Source of the DNA: Callorhinchus milii
Taxonomy: Eukaryota
Length of the DNA: 64,000 nt
Assembly (NCBI RefSeq): GCF_018977255.1
Contig: NW_024704742.1
Coordinates: 42,472,001 to 42,536,000, forward strand
Reading direction: 5' to 3'
Shown: in pieces, positions 25,581 to 37,853 of the stretch
Layout: the number at the start of each line of letters is the position of its first letter
How positions within the stretch are numbered: position 1 is the stretch's first letter
Made by a program: the position numbers and the translations under genes
Notes under the pieces: generated by a model
What the model saw: only the letters and a program-made list of their open reading frames with translations
What the model was told of the DNA's origin: nothing
The model's database searches: none

Positions 25581-27286
25581 ACTTCCATACAATTAAACTA
25601 TCCAGAATGTTGTGGTTTGTGAAATACATATCATAGCTGCTTGTGGGACCTCAATAGGAGCAAAGTGGCTGGCATATTTGCCTACAAAGCAGTTAGGGCA
25701 CTTATCAATAATTACTTGTGAAGGACCAAGATACTTTTTAACATGATGAAGCACTATAAGAATGCACATTCTCTCCTAATGCAAGGTCTGCTCTCTTCAC
25801 AGAACAAGGCATAGCCAGTGGAACTGAGGAGCACCCCACACCTGAGCACAATGTACCACAAACTCTGATTGAAACAACCTGTGTGAAGAAGGCTCCAGTG
25901 GGAGAAGTTTTGAGAACTGAGGTGGACTTTACTGCTCCTGGTATTGCAATAATAATGATAGACTGTCCCAATGGTGCACTTAAAGGGTTACTGAGGCGTG
26001 TTAGCCTCCACAGGCATCACTCCTTTGTTATGTCCAAGTAATTCACTGTATTGTAGCAGGCCTATAGCTTAGAGTACTGTCCACTTCGATCTTTTAGCTT
26101 CTGTTAGTTACTTTCTGCACTGAACCTCTGTACCCTCTGCTACCTAGATATAGCAGGCACTAGTCCCTTGCTCTACATCAGGTGTGACATCAACACTGTC
26201 AACGCAGCAAAATAAAAGGTTCAAAGACTGCATGAAAAATATCTTTTACATTACCCAGATGCAGACTGAGCATACACATACTGTATCATGCAGTGATTGT
26301 TTTGGCAGTTGTGAGGTTGAGTTGTTCATTAAAAAGTACTGGCGTAGTAAAATCTCACAGCTATATACATTTCTTCTTGTTTGTGTTACCATTAGATGGC
26401 TTGCCCCAGTCACTGATCTGTAAACAAAAATCAATTACTGCCTTAAAATTAAACTGAGATTTGACAAAAGCTTTTACTGCAGACCTAAATAGTTTCCAAA
26501 AAAATGAGTTTAAAGCTTATAATAGCAATTAGTCACATTGTTAACAGCAGGATCTCTGTGCAGAAGCACACGCAAGATACCAATAAATTTCTGAGTGAGT
26601 CAGAGGATTTTATAATTCTGAGCTCCATTATAGATGATACACAACCATAGCAATTGATTCCACAGTGATCTAACTCCGCATTAAGGAATGCAAAGACATG
26701 AATGCACCAGACATTTCACCACCCCAGTGGTGGCTTTTCCTCACCCCCCAAAAAAACAAGGAAACAAATTTCCACATTGGTTAAAACTAATAAATCCACA
26801 TCTTCTGCATTTGGTCATTGACTCAATGTTTTTTTGTGAGACATCAGTGTGCAAATTGCTTGTTACATTTACCTACAAATACACAATTGTACACTTTACC
26901 GAAATAGAGTTAAGCGCTTTGAGATGTTCATGACTTTTTAGGCGCTATACCAAATCCAAGGATTATTGTTATTATTATTATTTATTCTTGCTGTAGATTG
27001 AAATGGTTTGTGTCCCAGATAATAAACAGCTGAATAAATATAAATCTTAACCTACAGGATCTAACTTGCAATGTTGTAAACCAATTGGTTGCAGTAAATG
27101 CAAAATGCTTGGATGTAGATCAATGCTCATATTTCCACGCAATAAATCCTAGGAAATACTGAATGAAGTCCATGTGATTGCTCATGTGGAGAGGTAAAAA
27201 CTGCAGAAAAAATCCACTTTCTATGGAGTGAAATTTATAGACACCTAGGACTAGAATCTCTGTCAATCATGCTAGCCCGGGTGATG

Positions 27287-27648
27287 TGTGGTGTATCAGT
27301 ATACGAGAAGGCAAGAGAAAAATATCTGGCATTTATGTTGGCTCAGTGGATAACTGCACCCTGTGGTACTTAGGCATACTGACCATGAAGCTCCCAAATT
27401 TTGATCCATGAGTTATCTAAGCACAACCAGGTTTATCAATTGGGTTTAATAGGCCTGGGATTTGGGCCAATCTTACACTATGGTACCATTTGGTCTTACA
27501 AATGTGAGATAGTGAGGATTTGTGGAAAATTCTCAAATTCGGACTTAATTTTAGCAGCTGATTTTCCACATTTATATTTCAAGATATTTTTCCACATTGA
27601 AATTTCAAGATATTTTTCCCTTGCCTTCTCTTATACTGATACACCACA
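27287..27648. repeat. 41-bp inverted repeats (27287-27327 and 27608-27648) around a 280-bp spacer
   Basis: TGTGGTGTATCAGTATACGAGAAGGCAAGAGAAAAATATCT matches the reverse complement of the right arm with 2 mismatches. Confidence 0.9.
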
Positions 27649-27664
27649 TTAAAAAAATCTAGGT

Positions 27665-28559
27665 ATTTGGGGGCATTGTTAGGGCTTTCAAAAACTAGCC
27701 GTTTTGCAGATGTCATAAATTGGACCCCATTGCTATGATCCAAACACACACGTTTAAGTCTTGGCTCACACTGAAGAAACTGTACCCAGCAGGAGTCACC
27801 ACCTTTAGGAAAGGCTGGTAGTAAATCGAAGGGCGAGTAAATAATCTTTAAGCAATTCCATTCCATCATGCTGTTGCACAACACATGCTCATATCTTCAC
27901 TTGCTATCTATACAAAGGACCCACTGGAATTCCAATCTTCAAAAGTCGATTGCAAAGAATACAAATGATAGAACAGGTTCAGCGTTTAAGAACAAATGAG
28001 ATGCAAAGCTAAACAACATCTCCACAGTGATGCTTTGTTGGAAAATGTAAAATCCCAAAAGGATACATCAGTTACTCTGCATAATTCTGAGAGAATGCAA
28101 ATAGCCAGTGTGTGTGGTTAAACAGTTTTTAACACGATCGCTAATGACAGAGCAAAACAAACAAAACACAAGTCGATGACTGGAATGTTCAGATTAATTA
28201 TGGTTTTATTTATGTAAAAGGTTATCAATATGACAGGTAGTCTTTTGTACTAATATCAAATATTTAGCCTGTGAGCCTGAATGGGTTGAATGGCTAATTC
28301 TCATTGCATGTTCCTATTGAAACATTTGTCCAATCCAAGGATCTAACTTGTGTTATTTATGACACTTATTCTGGTTTCTAAAACCAGTCAGAATGTGAAC
28401 AAAAGCTGGAGGGGGGGAATGGACAGCTGTGGGGAAATAGTATTTTGCTTTCTGGCCTTTTTTGGCACTTTTGGGGCTTTCAAAAACTAGCCATTTTGCA
28501 GATGTCCATAAATTGGACCTCACTGTTATGATCCACACACACGTCTAAGCCTTGGCTCA
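27665..28559 (+). repeat. Diverged ~100-bp direct repeat (~27665-27768 and ~28460-28559)
   Basis: Both copies read GGGCTTTCAAAAACTAGCC.TTTTGCAGATGTC..ATAAATTGGACC...TATGATCCA..CACACACGT.TAAG.CTTGGCTCA. Confidence 0.9.
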
Positions 28560-29009
28560 TGACATTGTTTCCTGGCTGTCAAACATCTCCAATCTTCATA
28601 TAAGGTGCACACAGGCAGAAATGGGGAAGCTGTGCAGCAGACCTGCTGGAGAGCTCTTATTGCTGATTACATCCTTGGCCAGAAAACATGGCGCCAGCCG
28701 CTGTGATAAGCACTCTTGTTCACAAAGTGGAATGAAGATTCAGCTCAAGACGTGTTGCAACATAAACTATGTCTCATTCATGATACAAAGAAACAACTTG
28801 CAGTTTGTAGCACCTTTTAACTTTATTACATTAATAACATTAATAAACATCCATCTGAACAGGCAGGTGGTGCCTTGGTTTAACATCTCAACCAGGATGC
28901 AGTGCACTGGAGTGTCAGCATAAACTATATGAGTTACAAATCCTAATGTGGGCCTTGAAACCACAACTTTCTGACTCACAAGGTGGGAGTGCTACCAACT
29001 GAGCCAGGT

Positions 29010-29290
29010 TGAAAGAGATCTTGGGGTGTTAGTTGTCTCAGTGCCTGTCATGTCAATACAGTGTGTGAACCACCAATAAACAAGACAACTAGGATGCTGG
29101 GCTTTATTCCCAAATCAGTTAAGTTCAGATCCCCAGAAGTCATACTCAATCTATGTTGTCCTCCAGTCGGGCTGCACCTGCAGTACTGCAAACAAGTCTG
29201 GTCACTATGACAGGCCCTACGAGCAGTGCAGAGGAGAGCCCTGATATTGGAAGAATGAACTATGAACAGGTTACAGGGAAGGATGTTTGA
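29010..29290 (+). mobile_element. Degenerate CR1 LINE ORF2 fragment
   Basis: GAAAGAGATCTTGGGGTG (ERDLGV) followed by HLQYC..VWS-like and VQRRA-like motifs. Confidence 0.6.
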
Positions 29291-30020
29291 AGCCAGGATC
29301 CTGTTTAGAAATATTTTTCAATTAATTTTGAAGCTGATTTTCTTCAGGTTATGTTAAACTGGCTTGAAAATTAAGACCAAAGTTAAGAATTGTTCAGATT
29401 TGTGCATACTGAAATGCTAAATGATAGAATCGAAGTCTAGACCCAGGCGGAATTTCTCCCCCAAGGTTCGTATGGTGACCTGTTTTGAATTGCTAATCCG
29501 AACAGTTTTGTCAGTGAATGTTTCCCAGCCAATGCATCCCCTGCTGTCTCGGTGATTAGATCAGGCCAGGAAGGTGGAAAGAAGGATGCATTCTGACCAC
29601 TCACTGCAGGGAAAGAGCACAGAAGAGCAGGATGTTCCCTACAGGCACTATCACTGTTGTTTGCTGTTACTCTCACTCATGGCTTGCAGCAAATGAGTGA
29701 CCTGTTTGAAGAAACCAATTGTTCTCTGTTATCTTGAAAGAAAAAGCCTAATTCAAGGAAATTATCAACAGTCAATTGACTTCATGGCTTTAATTTGCCA
29801 TGATTGAATTGATAAAGAACTGCGTGGAACGTCCACCCCCTGCCAAAACCCAGACAATTGTCTGTTGTGCACTGACAGCCTCACAATGAGTTGTGCTGCT
29901 GGTACCGGGGTGTTTTACGGGCAGCGGCAAATGTGGAATATAGACCAGAACTGAACCAAAGTAAAAGATGGATTGACTGGCTCAGATATGTTTGATGTTC
30001 CCTCAAAGGCTTAGCTTTCG

Positions 30021-30472
30021 TAGTAATAATAGTAATAATAATCCTTGCATTTGCTATAGCCACTTATCATGTCATCGAGATGTCTCAAAGTGCTTCACAG
30101 AATATAATAATAATAATGCTTGCATTTGATATAATGCCTTATCACATCTTTGAGATGCCTCAAAGCTTTTCACAGAATATACTGTAAAGTGAATTGACTG
30201 TGTATTTTGTGGGCGAAATGCGGCAGCCAATTGCACACAGCAGTCTCCCACAAACAGTCCTGGATTGAGTAACCCAATTATTATTACTTTTATTTATTTT
30301 TTGAAGGGATCATTACCCCGGGAAAGTGAGCCACCAATCGACTAATAACTGGGTTCCTACTTACTGCTAGGTAAACAGAGGCATATGGAGTAAGGAAACT
30401 TGCCTAACGTTTTGCCCTGCTAGGAAGCCGCTTGCGAGGTGAGTGATCTAACCAATACGCAACAGGACTCCA
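30021..30472 (-). mobile_element. tRNA/CORE-like SINE (long form) plus an extra adjacent SINE tail
   Basis: On the minus strand it starts GTGGAGTCCTG and contains the GCCTCTGTTTACCTAGCAGTAAGTAGG segment. Two tandem tails lie at ~30021 and ~30106. Confidence 0.82.
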
Positions 30473-31774
30473 CAAATTAGCCTAAGCCGGGGTAAAATCT
30501 GTCATAAAATTTAAGATTATGTAGAACTGTGGAAAATTCTTAAAACTCAGAAATTAATTCCAAAGCTTTTTTCTCACAGTTCTTAAAGATCACCATCTTC
30601 CAAATGTACATTGTATTTAATAATTCTGCAGGATCATAAATTTTATCTTGAAGATAAAATGATCTTCAACTGGTATTTTGATTGCTAGGAAGCAACTCTG
30701 GCTGTAGTTACTGTTCACTGTTAATTACATGCTGTTGATAATTATGGACAGGCATTAAGGATGGATAAATATTAAGGAATTCAATGTTCTGAGAACCAAG
30801 ACTTGGTGACTTCAAGCCAGGACCTGGAAGCAAGGTGTAATAAGCTGGAGTAGGGATCTTGAATACATTGCAATTACAAATGACCTTTAGGTCAATGTGA
30901 AGGGGGTTTGAATGATCGTGTCTTGATACGCTGCAGTTATTCACTTTACACATTACAAGAGAAGGCTTTGATGTCTACATTGTTTTTTCCTGATCAATTT
31001 TAAAAGTATATTTTTCAGAGGGTACACTAGATTACAGTAAATGTATATCCAGCGCCTGTAATGGTTTTAAATTGCCACTGTATTTCATTCCTGCACAGCA
31101 TTTTCTTCCTGCGTACGAACACTACATAGCCCTCATTGGGTATTTTGTTTGATTTAGAATTGTGCCACATTCTTATCAATTTCACAGCAGCCTATTTAGC
31201 TGTCTATCTAATCTTCCAGTACCTTCTCAAAGCTAACACATCAGTCATGAATTTGTCATTAGAAAATAAGATGCCAGGTGTGCCTAAGAATTCCATTGAC
31301 AAATAATAGACAGCAACACAATTATTATTAGAGACAAATTGCCTTTGTGGTGCAGCAACATTCTCCAACCCAAATATATTTTCCCATCCCATTTCACCTT
31401 TCAAATCTATTTTGTAGTAAAAGGCAAAATACCAAATTTCATATGATACAACATTTACAATTCCATTTCTAAGGTCTGATCGCAAGATGTCTGACTATAC
31501 AAAGAAAAAGCTTTGACTGGTTTACTTCAGTTAATTAAGCCATTTTTTAAGCAGACTCTCCTTTAAATATACAAACTAAAATAGTCGGTGATATTCATCA
31601 AAGTGATTTCAGCGGGTTTTGATGGTACATCATAATGAAAACTCGTTATCAAATGAATGTCCCACAGCTCTTGTTCATTCTACTTCATCTCTGGTTGAAT
31701 GACTTGTTTCATGATAGATGGTAAACTTTTTCACCTTCATTTATTTTACATCTAGACTGACTTTCCAATACAAT

Positions 31775-32040
31775 GCTGGTGGAGTGCTGAATTGTCAGAG
31801 GTGCTGCCCTTCAGATGAGACATTAAACCGAGGTCCTGTCTGCCTATTCAGATGGACGTTAAAGATCTCATTCCCCTATTCGAAATGAGAAGAAAGGTTT
31901 TCTCAGTGTCCTGGCTAAAAATTCCCCAGAAATAATTGATCACTCGCTTCATGGCTATTTATGCACACATTGGCTGTCGCATTCACATATAAAATACAGT
32001 CACTACAGTACAGTAAATCCTGGGGAGCACTTTCAGTTGT
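31775..32040 (+). mobile_element. Deu-domain SINE fragment
   Basis: Deu core GAGGTGCTGCCCTTCAGATGAGACATTAAACCGAGGTCCTGTCTGCC. Confidence 0.8.
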
Positions 32041-33594
32041 CCTCCTGATCCCTGGTTACCCCTCCTCCCTCCCAATTCCAGCATAATGATGGAGACAGGA
32101 GATTTCAGTCAGCATCATATTTTCAATTGTGGCATTTTAGTGCAACTTATTTATGTACAGTCTTCATTTAAACCTAAGAAGGAGCATTCAAACATCAGCT
32201 ATACAGTTGGTTGCAAAACCAAAATGAGACAGTAGTTTCCAGTGTTCAACAGATAAGGATCTCAGTTGTTCACAACTGCTAAGGAACTGGCAAACTGCTC
32301 TGGGCACAACCATTGAACCAATAATAATAATAATGCTTGCATTTAATGTAACACCTTATCATATCTTTGAGATGTCTCAAAGTGCTTCACAAAATATACT
32401 GTAAAGTGAATTAACTGTATATTTTGTGGGCGAAACGCGGCAACCAATTGCGCACAGCAATATCCCACACCGTGGATTGAGTGACAATTTTTTTTAATTA
32501 TTAAACTTCATGAAGCGTTTATAGTTGGGGAATGAATGACATGGCTTAACAGCAACAGTACAAGCACTACCAAGGTGGATCCCACTTTGCAAATAGCTGG
32601 AAAGATGTGGTGTCATACACATTTGATATTTATTGAATCTGTTTTAAAATGTCACATTTTTCACCCCGAGATTGCCATGGTTTATTGAATAATGTCACAG
32701 CTGTGCGCTGTATTAAGTCTTCCTGCATTAATTTCTTGGTATTTCTGTGTCTCTGCTTGGTAGCAATCAGGTACGGAAATTGACAAACTACAGTACTATA
32801 TGTGTTCTAGTTCTTAAACAAAAGGAAGTGAACTTCGTAATTTGAAAGATGAAAAACTCTTGAAAGGCTCATGAGAGTGATTGTTATTAATGCTATGCAT
32901 TTCTCATTTAGACGTCAGTTACTTGAATGCATGCGTTGGATGAATAGTTTTTGTCTTGGTGAATTTGTGTGCTGAACAATGTCAATGCTGGAGAATGGAA
33001 TATTTTCCCATTTCAGTCTGAGTACCTAGCACTCCCAGAACAGGTATAGCACTGTCAAATATAGAATGAGCCTTTCACTACTTCTGCTCATGTAATGGGC
33101 CTTAATCCTCAGAGAACCATCAAATGAGTTACATGTTCACAACTCCGAACTCAAACTGTACAATTGAAAATTGTTTCAGAGATTGACAGTCGTATATATA
33201 TTCCACAGTCCTGTCAAATCATTCATATTTCAATTTTACAATTGAATGCAAAACCAGGATGACACTACAGTTGGTTCCAAAATACAACAGACACCCAGTT
33301 TGGTTGCTTGAAGAAAGAAGGGAGGTCAGATTTAGTTGTAGGTAGAAAACAGATTAGAATAGACTTAATGAAGCTAAAAATGAATTTCAAATAAAAAATA
33401 CAAACAGGGAGAGCATGTGGAAGGGAGAGAGTGATGAGTGACCACAGACTACAGTCATATGTAGTCAAGGTTTTTCAAATCAATCACTATAATTTCAACA
33501 CAGCAGGAGACCTGTTCCAGTTATATTGTTTAGAACTTAATTTTCTACAAACAGTGTAAGGTTCACAACTGCATTCAAATAATGGTTCTAATAA

Positions 33595-34110
33595 TACAAT
33601 ACAATTTACATTTTATAGCACCTTTCACATCACGTCCTAAAGCACATTCGCATTGCTGGATGGGCACCCGAGCTGGGGGTGAGTAATAGCTGAGGGGGGG
33701 TTGACAGAAGAAACATGACTGGAAACACATGAAAGAGACAACAGGAGAAAGTTTGAGACATGCCTTGAACGATGGGAGGGAGGAAACGAGTTACAGAGAC
33801 TCCGAGATGGAAATTCAGAGAGCGGGGCAGGTAGGGTGAGGGACATGAAGGAAGCCAGCAACCATGTCAGTAGGGTTAAAGGAAGCCATAGAGGTTGGAT
33901 GGGGCAGGACTGTGGAGGGAGTTAAAGGTGAGAATGAGGATTTTGAACTTGGTCTACTAGGGCAGGGGTGGCCAACTTGCGGCCCATGGGGATGGGGTGC
34001 GAATACAGTCGATTGAGAATGGGCGTAATAAGGGAGGATAGGAGAAAACATGGGCTTCAGAGTTCTCAATAGACTTTCTAGAGAAGAGTTAGAGAGTTTG
34101 TTGAGCAGAG
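33595..34110 (-). mobile_element. L2 LINE 3' fragment
   Basis: Antisense L2 tail (TTTATAGCACCTTTCACAT) followed by ORF2 C-terminal-like sequence. Confidence 0.65.
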
Positions 34111-35118
34111 TAATGTAATGTTGTATCATTATTATTCTAACTTTTGTAGTGCCACAATTGAATTCTCTTTCCCATGGTAATTGTGATCTGAAACAAAGCT
34201 TAGCACAATATTCTAGATCAGGTTGCTGATTCGGAAACCTAGTGCAAAGGTCTGAAATAATATCTGATTAAACACATTCTATTCTGGGACACACTGCTAT
34301 CTGAAGTCACAGGTCTCTTGGTGTTACTCTAACAGAAAGGCAATCACAGCTGTCTTAATGGAGACATAAATAAACTTGGCTAACTTTATCTGAAAAAATT
34401 TGAACATAATCTTCAACAATATCAATAGGTTGCAAATCCAAATATTGACAATGCAGCATCAGTGACTTGTGCATGAAATGTAACTCCAATTAGATCTCTT
34501 ACTCTTTATTAGAAGTCTCCTATATTATAGCAATCTCCTGAGCAATGCCAGGCCTCCCACAGATGACATCTACATTCTTTGCCAAATAGCAGCTCCAGGT
34601 TAATAGTCTACAATGTTATATTCACATGGTTTTCCAGAAGCAAAACTCAACCTCCACTTTTTCAGTTATAATTCCCCTAACATCTGGAATTCTGTCCTTC
34701 TACCCTTATGTCTTGCTCCCCTTTTCTATCCATAATTAAATCCCACCTAAAATCAAATCCTACCTCTTCAACTGCACTTAAGGTCACCTTCCTTCTCCCC
34801 TTCTCCCTTCCTTGGTGTCTGATACTATCCTTGTGAAACATTCTGAGATGTTATCTTACCTGAAGGGTGCTATATAAATGCAAGCTACTGTTAAATAAAA
34901 GTTCCAATAAAGGACACGATGTTCACAGTGAAAAGATGCACAGCTCTGCAGCAAACCAGACATAACCTTTATAAAGACATGAGGGCTGAAATACTGTTTT
35001 TCACTGAGCCAGTTTCACTGTTACCTTTCACTTATTATTTTTCCGAAGATAATTTTGCACTAGCTGCAGTTTTGAAAAGAAATGATACAGAAGGCTGAGA
35101 CGGGTGTTTAGAATTTAT

Positions 35119-35555
35119 AACAACAACAATTTGCATTTTTATAGCGTCCTCACGTGGGCCAGCGTCTCGAAGTGCTTAACAGTGACGGAGCATGACGCCG
35201 GAACCGGGGGAGGGGGGAGGTGACCGTCAACATGGTCGAAGAGCAAGGTCTTCAGTTAAGATCTAAAAGAAGAGAAGGAGGAGGCAAGGCGGAGGGATTG
35301 GAGGAAAGTGTTCCAAAGCTTTGAGGCGAAGTGGCTGAAAGCATGGCTGAAACTGGAGTAGAAGGGACGAGGGATAAGCAGGAGGCCCAAGCCAGGTGAG
35401 CAGATGCAGCGAGTAGTGGAATGGGGAGAAAGCAAGTCAGAAAGGTAGGGAGGTGCCAGGGCCTGGAGGGTTTTATAGATCTGAAATCGATCGGTTCTGC
35501 AATAGTCAGCCAGTGGAGGCTGGTGAGGACTGGTGTGCTGGGGGAATGGAGTTTA
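35119..35555 (-). mobile_element. L2 LINE 3' fragment (second subfamily)
   Basis: (CAA)n tail. Similar to the copies at 51507-51692 and 52247-52842. Confidence 0.75.
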
Positions 35556-37619
35556 GTAACTTTGCAAGATCTTACAGCTTAAAAGCACTTTTTATGGGGT
35601 AGCCTCACTGGTGCAGTGTGAGCTCACTGGTACAAGTCCTGGTTTGTGCTTAGTTTGCTGGACTCAGCCAAGGCTGCACGGGGAAGTAATTGGAGACACT
35701 AAATTATTTTTAAAAAATCAATTGTTATCATTTGTATTTTTAACCCCAAATATTTATCCAGAAATAGCAGTAATTTTATTGTTTTTTGGGTGAGGCAGCA
35801 GGTATGTCTTCAATAAATCCGAAGCATATGATGGTTGACCAATCTGTCAGGTACATCAAATGTACCTAGATGGAGACACATCCTCAGTCTTGTGACCCAA
35901 AGCTCCAACAGATATGATGGTCTGCAGTTACCATTTGTCTATTGCTTTTGAAAGCTTTGGTTTTGACTGCAAACCAGTCAGATCTATTCCTCTGCTTTAG
36001 GATATCATATCTCTCAGCCTTCTTCCCAGAGGAAGAATAGGGAAGTAGTAAGGATAAAACAAAAAATAAGCATATGACAATATGAGACGAGGCACTCCAA
36101 GGTCTACAATTTGCAACAATACTCACTCACCATTGTTTCAAAATACAAAATAAGTGGTGGGCCCTGGATCTGATTAAAATCATTTGCCAGGTGAGAGGGT
36201 TGTGCTGCCACCTAGTGTGCATTAATTATTGCTCGTGACAATTATCAAATAATGCAATCTTTAACAAATTACGATAAAAGGCAGTTTCTCCTAGGGTTCT
36301 AACCAACAATCCCCCCAACTAAAGATTGGTTACTCACTTCATGGCTGTTTGTAAGATATTGTTGTGAGCAAATTGGCTACTGTGTTCACCTATGAAATAC
36401 ACAGTTACTACTTTACAATGAATCCTTTGAAGCACTTTGAGATGTCTTCCTGATATGAAAATTGCTATAACAAAGGCAAGGATGTTTTATTTTAGAGATA
36501 TTCTATTAATTAAGAGTGAATTGAAGAATGTTTCAAAATCTTGCACAATATTAAGATAAATTATTTTACATTTTAATTTTGGTGGAATTTGGGGAATCTG
36601 GCTCCTCAGTGGTTAATTTTGTATATATTAGAAATGTTCTTCTTCAATAATCTGTGATTTGCCAGAAATTAATTTCTGAAAACGCAGTTTAATGGGGAAG
36701 AGATTCACCTGTTAAATTATGATGAAACACTTTAGACTTGAAATAAAAGTTGTGACGTTTTTTTCTGCATGTTCTGCAATTTTCAACAAATTCCCAGAGG
36801 AAAATAATCATAATAATCTTTACATTTCATATTGCACCTTTCACATCAGGAGGGTGTCTCAAAACACTTCACGCAGTTTACTATGAAGTGCAGTGACTGT
36901 ATTTTGCAGACAAACATCTATAAAAATAGATTGTCTGAATCTCATACGCAACTCAGAAACAAGCCAGGGATATTGGGGTCTTTTTGGGTGATTTCTTAAT
37001 GTGATTTTGTGATTAAGAAATTTGAATCTGTGACACCCATTCAAGGAAATTAATTTATCAATTTTAGGAACGAGGCTCCCTCATGATATTCATCCAGTTA
37101 ATGGAAGGAGTCCTCACTCAGATTTCTAAATTAAGCAAAACAGTAGTGCAAATTCCCCCCCCCCCTTAAAAATTGTGCCCTCGGTTCTTTTGGAAAATAA
37201 GTGAACAAATATTTATCTGTTTGAGTGTCTAGCAATTGAAAGAGTACCTGTGAGTTAAAGTAGCTCAGGTTAAAGTTCGCTAATACACTGTTACCCTTTA
37301 TTACAGTCTTAAAAATAGGTTGTGTCAACAGCACAGAAAATTTATTTCTACTTTTAGACTGCCATTGCCTTGCAAACAACCAGGAAACATATAATGAGAA
37401 AAACAGCAGCAAAATCAACAGAGTTCATTTTGTGCTCATAAATTTTCAACTTACTTATATTTGGTTGGATTTTGAAGATGCACAAAATAATTTTTAAGTA
37501 TTCCAGGTATTAGAAGTGAAAGTTCTTTTCACATGCCTACAAAACACTACTTAAAACCCTGTCGACCATTCTATGTTTTAACACCTTTCCTCTCAGCTCC
37601 AACTTCATGGTTGTGTTCT

Positions 37620-37853
37620 TGCCTGATTCTTGCCTGGAGTATCTTCACCTCGCCCCTTCCCTCAACTCCTTCAAGGTCCGTCCCAAGACCTTCCACTTTG
37701 ACCACGCCTTTGGTCATCTTTCCACTCCCACCTCCATTTTCTCCCATCCATCCCAATCCAACCCCCAGCTCGGGTACAAACCCTCAACTGTCCAGCACCT
37801 TGGGATATCCTCCAATGTAAAAGGCGCTATAGCATTGCAGTTTGTTGTTGTTG
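37620..37853 (+). mobile_element. L2 LINE 3' end
   Basis: CCTTCAAGGTCCGTCCCAAGACC...TAAAAGGCGCTATAG...(TTG)n. Confidence 0.75.
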
